Positions 19,963 through 29,407 of a stretch of DNA of 64,000 nucleotides are shown here, in pieces. Position 1 is the first letter of the stretch, and each line of letters begins with the position of its first letter. The translations under genes and the position numbers were made by a program. Source of the DNA: Bacilli bacterium. Its GTDB lineage: Bacteria; Bacillota_I; Bacilli_A; RF39; UBA660. The notes below the pieces were generated by a model. It searched no databases. It worked only from the letters and a program-made list of their open reading frames with translations, and had not been told where the DNA came from. The stretch is from contig JAFWKJ010000009.1 in the NCBI GenBank assembly GCA_017511375.1, forward strand, positions 3,407 through 67,406, given 5' to 3'.

Positions 19963-21324
19963 TTAATTATCTTTTTCATTGAATAAAACTAGAGGTTTAA
20001 TCACTCTTTCGGGAATGCTTGTCTCTAGAAAATCCATACCCCAATCTATTTTATAATCAGGTAAGAATTTTGTTTTGAAAGGCATGGTTCTAGGCATGAT
20101 AACGATTCCTTCAAATGTCCCAATCATTTTTAAATCTTCAATGGTAACAAGAGGAACTAATTCATGATCAACCATCTGCATTCCACAATACTTAGAAACT
20201 TCTTGAAGGGTATAAATATCATCGCTTAGTAAATAGATTAAATTTCCAAAACACATTTTTAGAATTTCTGCTTCTTCCTTAGAATACATACTACATAAGT
20301 GAACATAACTACGGATAGTAACAGTAATTTTTATTTTGATAGAACGGCAATTTTCAATCATACGAGAAAAGTCTCGAATAGGAACCATACTATCAAATTC
20401 ATCTAATAATACATGAAAGTTTTTCTCACTTTTACCATAAAAATTCACATAATCAACAATTTGATTTACAAGTAGAGGAATCAAATTATTACAATAATTA
20501 GATACTCCACTAATGATAAATAAAGCACTTGGCTTTTTAGATAATCCATCTAAATCAAAATCACTATTAGATAACATATTAGATAAGTTTTCGCGAGAAA
20601 TATATTTCTTAATCTTTTGATTGAAGACAGCTAAGATACTTCCTCTAGTCTCAGGAGGTGCTTTTAAAGTACCTACTAAATTTAAGTAAATCTTACTAGA
20701 AGGAGATATCTTCTCCATAAACTTTTCACAGTTTCCTTTACTATTAACTTGATAACTTAAAGAAGCAATACTTTCTAGATGAACTTCTTCTTCCTTAGCA
20801 TTTTCAATTAAATATAAGGAAATACCAGTAAAGTAATCAATAACAGAATTAATCCAGAAAGGATCTGCGTTGGCTTCTGTTCTTTCGTAGAACAAGTAAT
20901 AGGCAACATCCTCTAAACATTTAATTGCTTTATCTTTTTCACCAGCGTGATATAACTCATAAGGCATTTTAAGAGGATTCCAACTATTCCCATATTTAGC
21001 ATCTTCAAAGTCTAATACACATACTTCATATCCTTTTTCTTTTAAAGCCTTAGCACATTTGCTATACAATTCTCCTTTAGGATCATTCACAACGATGCTT
21101 TCTCCTGCCATCATAGCTAATTTAAGCATCGGAAGTATCATAGATTGTGTTTTACCACTACCTGTACTTCCAATAATTAAATTGTGAGCTTCTCTTGTAT
21201 CAATATATAAATACTTATCATCATAAGTAATAGGCGTTCCTGATACCTCGACCCCTGTTTCTAAGTTAACCCCTTTAAGTTTTTCAACCACTTCATCTTT
21301 TGTGGCCCATCTTGCATAACTCAT
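19963..21324 (-). CDS. VirD4/TraG/TraD-like (type IV coupling protein family) ATPase, soluble form
   Basis: Walker A IIGSTGSGKTQS, VNDPKGELY block, Walker B HVLLDEFDS. The start is set at ATG 21324 after GGAGAGAGA. The tracked 54-aa N-terminal extension overlaps the divergent araC-type gene and has no RBS. Confidence 0.65.
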   Translation of the reverse strand: MSYARWATKDEVVEKLKGVNLETGVEVSGTPITYDDKYLYIDTREAHNLIIGSTGSGKTQSMILPMLKLAMMAGESIVVNDPKGELYSKCAKALKEKGYEVCVLDFEDAKYGNSWNPLKMPYELYHAGEKDKAIKCLEDVAYYLFYERTEANADPFWINSVIDYFTGISLYLIENAKEEEVHLESIASLSYQVNSKGNCEKFMEKISPSSKIYLNLVGTLKAPPETRGSILAVFNQKIKKYISRENLSNMLSNSDFDLDGLSKKPSALFIISGVSNYCNNLIPLLVNQIVDYVNFYGKSEKNFHVLLDEFDSMVPIRDFSRMIENCRSIKIKITVTIRSYVHLCSMYSKEEAEILKMCFGNLIYLLSDDIYTLQEVSKYCGMQMVDHELVPLVTIEDLKMIGTFEGIVIMPRTMPFKTKFLPDYKIDWGMDFLETSIPERVIKPLVLFNEKDN

Positions 21325-21398
21325 AATCTCTCTCCTTTCACTTACCATTAAAACACATGGTTTGTAAACATTTTTAAACAATAACGACTTTTTTATGT

Positions 21399-21404
21399 TA
21401 TAAT
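21399..21404 (+). promoter_or_regulatory. Extended -10 promoter element (TGTTATAAT) for the AraC-type gene
   Basis: TG at 21396-21397 and TATAAT at 21399-21404, 16 nt upstream of the ATG region. Confidence 0.4.
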
Positions 21405-21419
21405 GAAAATGGTGATAGG

Positions 21420-21881
21420 ATGAATCAATCATTAGTAAGACAAATACTAGCATATTTAGATGATAATATATATGCCAAGATATCACTAGAAGAATTATCT
21501 AGACTTTTTTATTTTCATAAGGACTATATTATGAGAGTATTTAAAAAAGAATTAAATATGACAATTATTGATTATATGAATAAAAAGAGAATTTTTGCTT
21601 CTTTAGAAGAACTAAAAGAAACACAAGATAGTATTTTAAAAGTTGCTTTAATGCATGGATTTACTTCTCAAGAATACTATACAGAAACATTTATAAAAGT
21701 AATGGGAGTAAATCCCAATACCTATAGAAAATTCACAAAAAACCATCCTTCAGTAACAGAAGATAATACAAACAAGATAAGAAAAAATCTAACCGATTTA
21801 AAATATCAGTTAGATCAAATTACAAAATATAAACAAAATGTTCCAAAAGAAACAGTAAAACAATTAACAAGATATCACTAG
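21420..21881 (+). CDS. AraC-family HTH transcriptional regulator (DNA-binding domain only)
   Basis: Two HTH units: ISLEELSRLFYFHKDYIMRVFKKELNMT..YMNKKR and ..VALMHGFTSQEYYTETFIKVMGVNPNTYR. Confidence 0.75.
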   Translation: MNQSLVRQILAYLDDNIYAKISLEELSRLFYFHKDYIMRVFKKELNMTIIDYMNKKRIFASLEELKETQDSILKVALMHGFTSQEYYTETFIKVMGVNPNTYRKFTKNHPSVTEDNTNKIRKNLTDLKYQLDQITKYKQNVPKETVKQLTRYH

Positions 21882-22489
21882 ATATCTTTTTCTTTTAAAC
21901 TAGCATCACTAAAATCTACATCAATTAGTAAATTTTGGGTAATAGCTTCTCTTTGCTCTTTCACATCGCTAAAAGCATAAATAACACAGTCCATTGCTTC
22001 CCATAAGGCAAACGAGAAAAGAAATCCAAACACCTCAGTTAAATAATTAAAATTACTTACTAAATATAGAAAAGTATATAAAGCAAAGGAACCAATTCCT
22101 ACACAAACTAAACTAATTATCTTTTGCTTTAACTGATTATATTCCTGTTGTACTTTATAAAGCTCAATCGCATAGTGTTCCCTTAAAGTATGACGAATAA
22201 TCTCTTGTTCATGAGGGGTGAAATCACATCCAATAATATGTAGATTAATAGGGACTTCATTTCCTAACATAGCTGTTTTCTCTTCTATATAATCATAAAC
22301 GTCTTTTTCTAAATCTGTCTGTGCTCCTATAGTCCAGGAATCAAACAAATCAAATTTTTCTTCAATATTGATAAAAATATCAGCGGAACCATCTTTTGTT
22401 AAAAATTCATGTTTAATATAACCTTCTAAGTATTGTCGATCTGAATATTTCTTGATTTTTTCTTTCATTTTACTTTTAAAAGCATCCAT
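21878..22489 (-). CDS. Hypothetical membrane protein
   Basis: 203 aa with good RBS AGGTGA. Two C-terminal TM helices. No recognisable motif. Confidence 0.4.
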   Translation of the reverse strand: MDAFKSKMKEKIKKYSDRQYLEGYIKHEFLTKDGSADIFINIEEKFDLFDSWTIGAQTDLEKDVYDYIEEKTAMLGNEVPINLHIIGCDFTPHEQEIIRHTLREHYAIELYKVQQEYNQLKQKIISLVCVGIGSFALYTFLYLVSNFNYLTEVFGFLFSFALWEAMDCVIYAFSDVKEQREAITQNLLIDVDFSDASLKEKDI

Positions 22490-22582
22490 AAAATCACCTA
22501 CTATAATAAGAATAACACATTTTTAATAAATTGACATTCTAAAATAATCAAACTAAAATAGAATATAGAAAGGAGAATACTT

Positions 22583-23260
22583 ATGAAAAAATATATAGCC
22601 GAATTTATTGGAACGCTTGTACTTGTATTATTTGGAACGGGAATTGCTGTCGTATCAGGAGGAGATTTAGTAGCAACATCCTTAGCATTTGGTTTAGCTA
22701 TTATAGCAGAAGCCTATGTAATTGGAGGAATTTCTGGTTGTCATGTTAATCCTGCAGTATCTTTTGCCATGTTTTTACAAAAAAAATTAACAAAAAAGGA
22801 TTTTGCTTATTATGTAGTAGCTCAGGTTTTAGGAGCTATTACAGGAACTGCTATCTTATATGCTATTTTAGTAGGAACGACTATGGGAACGGCTTCTTTG
22901 GGTGCAAATGGTTATGAGTCACTTTCAGCAACGAATATTTCTTTAATTGGTGCTCTTTGTACAGAAATCGTTTTAACATTCGTATTCATTTATACAATTT
23001 TGGGTGTTACGAGTGATAAGAAATATGAATCTGTTTCAGGAATTGTAATTGGATTAACTCTTACATTTGTACATTTACTAGGTATTAAATTAACAGGTAC
23101 TTCCGTAAACCCTGCTAGAAGTTTAGCTCCCGCTCTATTCTTATGTGGAGATGCTTTAAAACAAGTATGGGTATTTATCGTAGCGCCTCTAATTGGAGCA
23201 GAGTTAGCAACCTATGTTTATAGATTACTAAATGAGGCAAAACCATCTAAAAAGAAATAG
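22583..23260 (+). CDS. aqpZ: Aquaporin Z / MIP-family channel
   Basis: Two NPA boxes (HVNPAVS, SVNPARS) and a six-TM layout. Confidence 0.9.
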   Translation: MKKYIAEFIGTLVLVLFGTGIAVVSGGDLVATSLAFGLAIIAEAYVIGGISGCHVNPAVSFAMFLQKKLTKKDFAYYVVAQVLGAITGTAILYAILVGTTMGTASLGANGYESLSATNISLIGALCTEIVLTFVFIYTILGVTSDKKYESVSGIVIGLTLTFVHLLGIKLTGTSVNPARSLAPALFLCGDALKQVWVFIVAPLIGAELATYVYRLLNEAKPSKKK

Positions 23261-23324
23261 ATAAAAAGTTTCCTAAAGGAAGCTTTTTTTGTTATAATGA
23301 AGATGCTAGATAAGGAGTGTTAAA

Positions 23325-24758
23325 ATGGCAAAAGAAGTAAAAGTTGTTAATACAGATGACAATAAAAAACATGGAACAAATAGATGTCCACAATGTGGAG
23401 CAAGTGATGTTACCTATAATATTAAAAAAGGAAAATTAGTTTGTAATTACTGTTATACGGAATTTGATGCTGAAGAATTGGAAGGGATTGAAAAAGATGT
23501 TAAAAAACTAAAAGGAGAAACTAGAACAAGTGGAACAAAAGATATTGATGAAAATGCAAATGATATCGTAACGCTTAAATGTAGTGGTTGTGGAGCAGAG
23601 GTTGTTATTAATACAGCAGAAGCCATGAATGCAAGATGTCACTGGTGTAGAAGTATTTTATCTATTAATTCCCAAATAGAAAATGGATCTTTACCAGATG
23701 TTGTACTTCCATTTAAATTAACCAAAGAAGAAGCCCAAACCAAAATAGATGGATTTGCTAAAAAGAGAAAGTTTTTTGCAAATAAACTATTTAAAAAAGA
23801 ATTCACCACCAACAATATCATGGGAGTTTATTTCCCTTATATGTTAGTAGATGCTAATTGTCATGGAAAGTTTTCAGGAGAAGGAGGAGAAGTAGCTAGA
23901 TCTTATCAAATTTCTAAAGGAAAAAACTCCAAAGGAGAAGAAGAATATGAAACAGTATACGATATAGATATGTATGATGTTCAAAGAGTATTTGATATAG
24001 CAATTGACGATTTATCCATAGAGTCTAGTGCTGATAAATTAGATAAAAATAATAAAGATAAGACAACGAATGTCATTAATTCTGTTATGCCATTTGATAC
24101 AGAAAACTGTGTAAAATATAAAGGAAACTATCTTGTAGGATACACTTCAGAAAAAAGAGATATTAATGTTTCAAATATTGAAGCAAAAGTAGATCAAGAA
24201 TTACAAGATGTCGCAAGATATGCCTTAAATAAAGATTTGACGAAATATGATGCAGGCGTACATTGGGAAAATGAAGAATTTGAAATCAAGGGAAAACAAT
24301 GGGTATCTGCTTATCTTCCCGTTTGGTTATATTCATATCAAGATCCTGGGAAACTATTACATTATGTAGCTGTAAATGCAAGAACGGGAGAAACAATGGG
24401 AAGTATTCCTATGAATAAAGGAAGATTAGCAATTATCTCTATCTTACTATTCCTTGCCTTCTTTATTATGGCTTTAATATTTGGAGAAAAAGACGAGGTT
24501 AGAGGGGCTTTAATCATTTTGGGATTAATCACAGGATTGGTATTCTATATTGCAAAATACTCTAAATATAGAAACAAAGGTGCTAGACACAAATATGAAA
24601 TAGAAACCAAAAACAAACTGGATATCATATCGAGAGTAGATAATGAAAAATACACCAAGAGAGAGTGCTCTTCCGATACAATTGATTTCGCAAACAATCA
24701 TATGATTTATGGAGAAGGAACATCTGTTATTCCAAAAGAAAAGAAGGAAAAAGAGTAA
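23325..24758 (+). CDS. Double zinc-ribbon protein with C-terminal TM pair, function unknown
   Basis: CPQCG..CNYC and CSGCG..CHWC pairs. Two hydrophobic helices near aa 385-430. TGTTATAAT promoter at 23290-23298. Confidence 0.45.
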   Translation: MAKEVKVVNTDDNKKHGTNRCPQCGASDVTYNIKKGKLVCNYCYTEFDAEELEGIEKDVKKLKGETRTSGTKDIDENANDIVTLKCSGCGAEVVINTAEAMNARCHWCRSILSINSQIENGSLPDVVLPFKLTKEEAQTKIDGFAKKRKFFANKLFKKEFTTNNIMGVYFPYMLVDANCHGKFSGEGGEVARSYQISKGKNSKGEEEYETVYDIDMYDVQRVFDIAIDDLSIESSADKLDKNNKDKTTNVINSVMPFDTENCVKYKGNYLVGYTSEKRDINVSNIEAKVDQELQDVARYALNKDLTKYDAGVHWENEEFEIKGKQWVSAYLPVWLYSYQDPGKLLHYVAVNARTGETMGSIPMNKGRLAIISILLFLAFFIMALIFGEKDEVRGALIILGLITGLVFYIAKYSKYRNKGARHKYEIETKNKLDIISRVDNEKYTKRECSSDTIDFANNHMIYGEGTSVIPKEKKEKE

Positions 24759-24761
24759 AAT

Positions 24762-24787
24762 AAAAAGACATTAAATGTCTTTTTTTA
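24762..24787. terminator. Bidirectional terminator between convergent genes
   Basis: AAGACAT/ATGTCTT stem with flanking A- and T-runs. Confidence 0.65.
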
Positions 24788-25796
24788 TTTCTTCGAAAAA
24801 TGGCATAAAAGCACTTGGCAAGGCATAGTTCTTTTCAATGTCAGAAATATTTACCCATTGGTAACTTCCAAACTCTTTTTCCACTTCTATTTTATAACTA
24901 TTCATAAACCATTTCTTATGAGTGAAAATATGAATATTCGTAATACTTAATTCTATAGAAGAAATATGAGGAATTCGTTTTCTTACTTCTTCATAGGTTA
25001 GGAAACCTTTTTCATTAGGAAACTCCCACATATTCTTAAGCAAACCAACTTCTCTCTTATGAAGAGCAAACTTATCACCACATTTTAATAAAAATAAAGT
25101 ATACTCCTCTTCAGATACCTTAGTTTTTACATTTCGTCTAGGTATCAAACATTCTCGATTCTTTAGATGCGCCATACAGTGGTATTTTAGAGGACATAAA
25201 TCACATTTGGGCATTCCTCCTGGAATACATATAACTTCTCCTAATTCCATAATTCCTTGATTAAAATTTCCGCTATCTTGAGGAAGATTCTTTTTTAGTT
25301 CTTCTCCGATTCTTTTTTGAATTTTTGAATCAGCGATATCCCAATCTTTATTATTAATGCGACAAAAGACTCTCATAACGTTTCCATCTACCGCCACTTC
25401 TGGGAGATGAAAGCAGATGGAAGAGATGGCTCCTGCCGTATATTTACCAATTCCTGGAAGGGATAAGATTTCCTCATAAGTTTGAGGGAATTTTCCATGA
25501 TACTCTTTCATAATAATGATAGCTGCCTTTTTTAGATTTCTAGCACGATTATAATAGCCTAGACCTTCCCATAGTTTCAAGAGTTCATCTTCTTCCACTT
25601 CACTTAGTGCTTGAATCGTAGGAAGTCTCTTCATAAAGCGATGATAGTAATCGATAACAGCCTCAATTCTTGTTTGCTGAAGCATGATTTCACTAATCCA
25701 TACGTGATAAGGATCTATATCTTTTCTCCAAGGCAAGTCTCGCTTGTTTTCTAAATACCAATTTAAGATTAAATCAACATATTTTTTCATAAACAA
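24771..25796 (-). CDS. mutY: A/G-specific adenine DNA glycosylase MutY
   Basis: HhH-GPD block LPGIGKYTAGAISS, 4Fe-4S Cys cluster C..PKCDLCPLKYHC, and a C-terminal NUDIX-like domain. Confidence 0.85.
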   Translation of the reverse strand: MFMKKYVDLILNWYLENKRDLPWRKDIDPYHVWISEIMLQQTRIEAVIDYYHRFMKRLPTIQALSEVEEDELLKLWEGLGYYNRARNLKKAAIIIMKEYHGKFPQTYEEILSLPGIGKYTAGAISSICFHLPEVAVDGNVMRVFCRINNKDWDIADSKIQKRIGEELKKNLPQDSGNFNQGIMELGEVICIPGGMPKCDLCPLKYHCMAHLKNRECLIPRRNVKTKVSEEEYTLFLLKCGDKFALHKREVGLLKNMWEFPNEKGFLTYEEVRKRIPHISSIELSITNIHIFTHKKWFMNSYKIEVEKEFGSYQWVNISDIEKNYALPSAFMPFFEEIKKDI

Positions 25797-25875
25797 ATTA
25801 TAACATAATAATATATTTTTCTTTATTTTTTTGCTATAATTATCTTAATAGTAAGAGTAGAAGGAAGTGGGATGT

Positions 25876-27288
25876 ATGAATGAGGAGGAAAAAATAGAAA
25901 CAACTACGGAAGAACCTGTTATGATTGCGGAAAACATTGATGAGATGTCTCAAGAAGAATTGGCATCTATCACAACTTCCGTTCCTGTTGTGAGTGAAGA
26001 AACTGTAGAAATACCTCAAACAACTCCGGAGATGGACATTCCAAACAATATGCCAGATTTGGGAAATAGAGAAGAGAATAGTACAGAGGGGAACGTACCT
26101 ACATTTCAACAAATTCCAGGAGTAGAAGAAGAAAAGAAAGAGGAAGAAAAGGTAAAACAACCTGAGGAAGAGGAAAAAACGTCTTTTGCTGAAATCCCTA
26201 CAACTCTTACGGATATGTATCAAGCAAAACCTTCTTCAGAACAGAATGCTTCTTTAGAACCAAAGCCAAATCAAGGAGAAGAAACTGCACAACAAGAGGA
26301 ATCGGAAGAGGAAGAGGAATATGAAGATTCTCCAAAAAAGAAGAGCAAATTAGTGCCATTAATCATTTTTGGAATTGTATTGATTGCTGTGGTAGTCGTG
26401 GGAGTTATAGGATTAAGGACAAGAGGAGAAAAAGGACCTATTAAATTACTTAGACCAGAAAGACTTGCCAACAGTAATACAAACATTGCAGTTTTAGGAG
26501 ATGCTTCAACACCTAATGCGCAAGTAGCCGCAACAATTCTTAAGAAGTTAGGAACGGAAACAGCTGTAGAGGAAATTGAAAAGTGCCCTTCCCAAGAAAC
26601 CTATGGTGTGGAGTATGGCCTTTTCACATCTGAAATAAAAACACAAAATAATAATCTATATAATATAAATTATTCTTGTGGGAAAGAATCTACAATGAAA
26701 TATTTATTAGTAAGTGAGGGAGAACAAACCGTAGATGGAGCAATCATTGTTTTAAGCTCTAATACAGGAGTATCCTCAGAAATAAAAGATTATCTACATA
26801 CTCTAAATAGAATTGGAATAAAGAAAGTAGTGATCTACATCATAGATGAGGGGAACTCTACACAAGTTGAAGAAGAAATAAAAGGGGTATTAGAAAATCA
26901 AGGATTTGATAACGCAAACACACCGATTGTGAAAGGATCAACTACAGATGAAGAAAAGATAGAAACACTAATTTCTAAAGCAGAAAAGTGGATCAAAAAA
27001 GAAACATCTTATAAAGAACCATCTGTTGTACCATCTTATAAAACAATGAAATTATTTACGACATTTTTAGTAGATAAAAACATAGATAATTTATCATTTA
27101 CCATTAATAAAGTGGATTATAAAGCAAAGGTAACATTAGAAGAAGGTCAGGATGGAATAAAAGCAGGAGAAACACAAGAAATCACTATAGAGTTAGAAGA
27201 GGAAATCCCTGCTGTAACAGGAATGCGTGTTATCGTAAAAGAAGGAGATACTCTAGTAGGAATTGGAGTTATTTCAGAACTAAGTTAA
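25876..27288 (+). CDS. Membrane-anchored EF-Tu-like protein with degenerate GTPase motifs (acidic N-terminal region, TM, pseudo-G-domain, domain-III-like C-terminus)
   Basis: Hand alignment to EF-Tu: [24 protein letters not shown] vs [47 protein letters not shown] vs [37 protein letters not shown] vs [31 protein letters not shown] vs GLRFAIREGGRTVGAGVV. ATG 25876 follows AAGGAAGTGGG, and GTG 25867 is the alternative start. Confidence 0.6.
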   Translation: [470 protein letters not shown]

Positions 27289-27303
27289 GGAAGGAGGGAT
27301 AAA

Positions 27304-28029
27304 ATGAAAAAGATGAAAATGGTTTTATTCGGAATAGTATTATTACCTCTTATGATGATAACAGTTCATGCAGCTTCTATTCCATATGCGTGGGTTGTTG
27401 GAGGAGAAAAATTAACAGGAGCAAATGAACAGAATAGTGCTAAAACTGCTACCCAAGTAAAAGAAAGAAGTGACGTAACACTAACCCTTAATAATTATAA
27501 TGGTGGACAACTTGAATTAACTTGTTATGGAACCTGTGTTAAGGCAGATTTTATTATTGAGTTAGTAGGGGACAATGTTATTAAGGCAGATGATATAGGA
27601 ATCAAAGGATTATCAATGGATAACATTCAATTTAAGGGAGAGGGAAAACTAACAATTAAAGCACCAACTCCTATAGAAGGCGCTTCTGATACCAATCCAT
27701 TAGTAATTGAACCCAATAAAAAAGTAGAACAAACTGAGACAACAGAAGAAGTTGAGACAATAGGGGCAAAAGAAAAAGAGGAAGAACCTTTAAAGGAAGA
27801 AGAAAGTATCGCAATTGAGAGACCATCTACAACAAAGAATAATGATATTACACTTTTTGCTTTAGGAATTGCTACAGGACTTGGAGCTGTACTTGTATTA
27901 GGACTTTTGATGAAATTGTCTACGAAATCTAAAAATTGTGTATCTTCCCCAAAGGAGGAATCAAAAGAAGACAAGGAATCTAAAGACGACAGCGAAGATA
28001 ATGAAGACAAGAAAGAACCAGAAGAATAA
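27304..28029 (+). CDS. Secreted, C-terminally membrane-anchored protein with acidic tail
   Basis: Signal peptide MKKMKMVLFGIVLLPLMMITVHA and a C-terminal TM ITLFALGIATGLGAVLVLGLL. Lies 15 nt downstream of the EF-Tu-like gene with RBS AAGGAGGG. Confidence 0.5.
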   Translation: MKKMKMVLFGIVLLPLMMITVHAASIPYAWVVGGEKLTGANEQNSAKTATQVKERSDVTLTLNNYNGGQLELTCYGTCVKADFIIELVGDNVIKADDIGIKGLSMDNIQFKGEGKLTIKAPTPIEGASDTNPLVIEPNKKVEQTETTEEVETIGAKEKEEEPLKEEESIAIERPSTTKNNDITLFALGIATGLGAVLVLGLLMKLSTKSKNCVSSPKEESKEDKESKDDSEDNEDKKEPEE

Positions 28030-28102
28030 GTCAATTACCATAAAAAAATAAAATATCCACAATTTTTGTGGATATTTTTGTTATAATTAAATAGGTGATA
28101 AT

Positions 28103-28585
28103 ATGAGTAATGAAAAATTTATGGATGTCGCGATCGATTTGTCAGATGACAATTTTGATAAGAATTATGGAGGGCCTTTTGGAGCTTGTGTTGTAAAAGA
28201 TGGAGAAATTATTGGGAAAGGAATCAATCGAGTAATAAAAAACAATGATCCAACGGCCCATGCTGAAGTAGTTGCCATCAGAAACGCTTGTAAGAAATTA
28301 GAAACCTATGATTTATCAGGATGTGAATTATATACATCTTGTTATCCATGCCCTATGTGTTTATCGGCTATCATTTGGGCAAATATTAAAAAGGTATATT
28401 ATGCAAATACGAAAGAAGATGCGGCAGATATTGGTTTTAGAGATGATTATATCTATGATTACATTGATAAATTAGCAGATGGACAAGTAGATAAAAGGGT
28501 ACTAAATTTAAAATCAATGAATCGAGAAGAAGCCTTAGAAGTATTTGAAGAGTATAAAAAAGATAAGGATAAAATTACGTATTAA
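28103..28585 (+). CDS. guaD: Guanine deaminase (CDA-fold, GuaD-type)
   Basis: GGPFGACVVKDGEIIG..NDPTAHAEVVAIRNAC..YTSCYPCPMCLSAIIWA..GFRDDYIY closely parallels B. subtilis GuaD. Confidence 0.85.
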   Translation: MSNEKFMDVAIDLSDDNFDKNYGGPFGACVVKDGEIIGKGINRVIKNNDPTAHAEVVAIRNACKKLETYDLSGCELYTSCYPCPMCLSAIIWANIKKVYYANTKEDAADIGFRDDYIYDYIDKLADGQVDKRVLNLKSMNREEALEVFEEYKKDKDKITY

Positions 28586-28648
28586 GCAATCACTAGATTG
28601 CTTTTTCTTTCAAAAAATAGTATAATAATCGACCAAACAGGTGAGGTT

Positions 28649-29299
28649 ATGGACGAAAGAATTAAAGAAGCCATGAGATTTTATTTGATGGCCACAAAAC
28701 TAAAGGATAAGATTAGAAGCGGATGGGATAATCACCATTGGAATATAAAAGGGGATAGGGTCGAAAGCGTCGCTGAACATGTATATGGGTCATGTATTTT
28801 AGCAATCTCTCTCAATTCAGAATTTGATTTAGGAGTAAATATGGAAAAAGTCCTAAAAACTCTTGTAATTCACGAAATAGGAGAGGTGTTAATAGGAGAT
28901 ATAACTCCTTTTGATAATATTACCCCAGAACAGAAACAAGAAATGGAACATCGGGCAATGCAAGCTGTCTTAGGAGATCTATGTGAAAAAGATGAATTGT
29001 ATGCTTTATTATTAGAATTTGATGAACATAAAACAAAAGAATCTAGATTTGCTTATTTTTGTGACAAGATAGAAGCAGATATTCAATCAAAAATATATCA
29101 AGACAAAGGATGTCACCATCCTCTTTCAGAACAAAGTCATAATGCCGCTTTCAGATATTCTAAAACACAGGATATGATTACCAATGGCGCCAAAGAACCA
29201 TTTGATATCTGGTATGAATGGGATAAATCCAGATTTGAAGGGGAACCAATATTTCAAAAAGTATTAGAATATGTGAAGGAAAATAATACCAATATTTAA
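28649..29299 (+). CDS. HD-domain phosphohydrolase (YfbR-like 5'-nucleotidase family)
   Basis: ESVAEHVYGSCILA and LVIHEIGEVLIGDITP blocks. The start is moved to ATG 28649 after AGGTGAGG because a TATAAT at 28621 lies inside the tracked ORF. Confidence 0.7.
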   Translation: MDERIKEAMRFYLMATKLKDKIRSGWDNHHWNIKGDRVESVAEHVYGSCILAISLNSEFDLGVNMEKVLKTLVIHEIGEVLIGDITPFDNITPEQKQEMEHRAMQAVLGDLCEKDELYALLLEFDEHKTKESRFAYFCDKIEADIQSKIYQDKGCHHPLSEQSHNAAFRYSKTQDMITNGAKEPFDIWYEWDKSRFEGEPIFQKVLEYVKENNTNI

Positions 29300-29407
29300 A
29301 GAATTATAATGATAGATTATATTAGCTATGAAAAAATTGTATAATCAAAAAAGAAAAAAATCATGTATAATAAAATCAACTTGTATGAAAACAAAGGAGG
29401 GTTTAAG

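Noticed and set aside
21325-21486. N-terminal 54-aa extension of the VirD4/TraG-like ORF, which would add hydrophobic residues
   Set aside because: A strong RBS (GGAGAGAGA) precedes the internal ATG at 21324. The extension overlaps the divergent AraC-type gene and its promoter.
25840-26223. Tracked 127-aa minus-strand ORF (Phe/Leu-rich)
   Set aside because: It is the antisense shadow of the GAA/GAG-rich acidic N-terminal region of the EF-Tu-like gene. It has no RBS and low-complexity translation.
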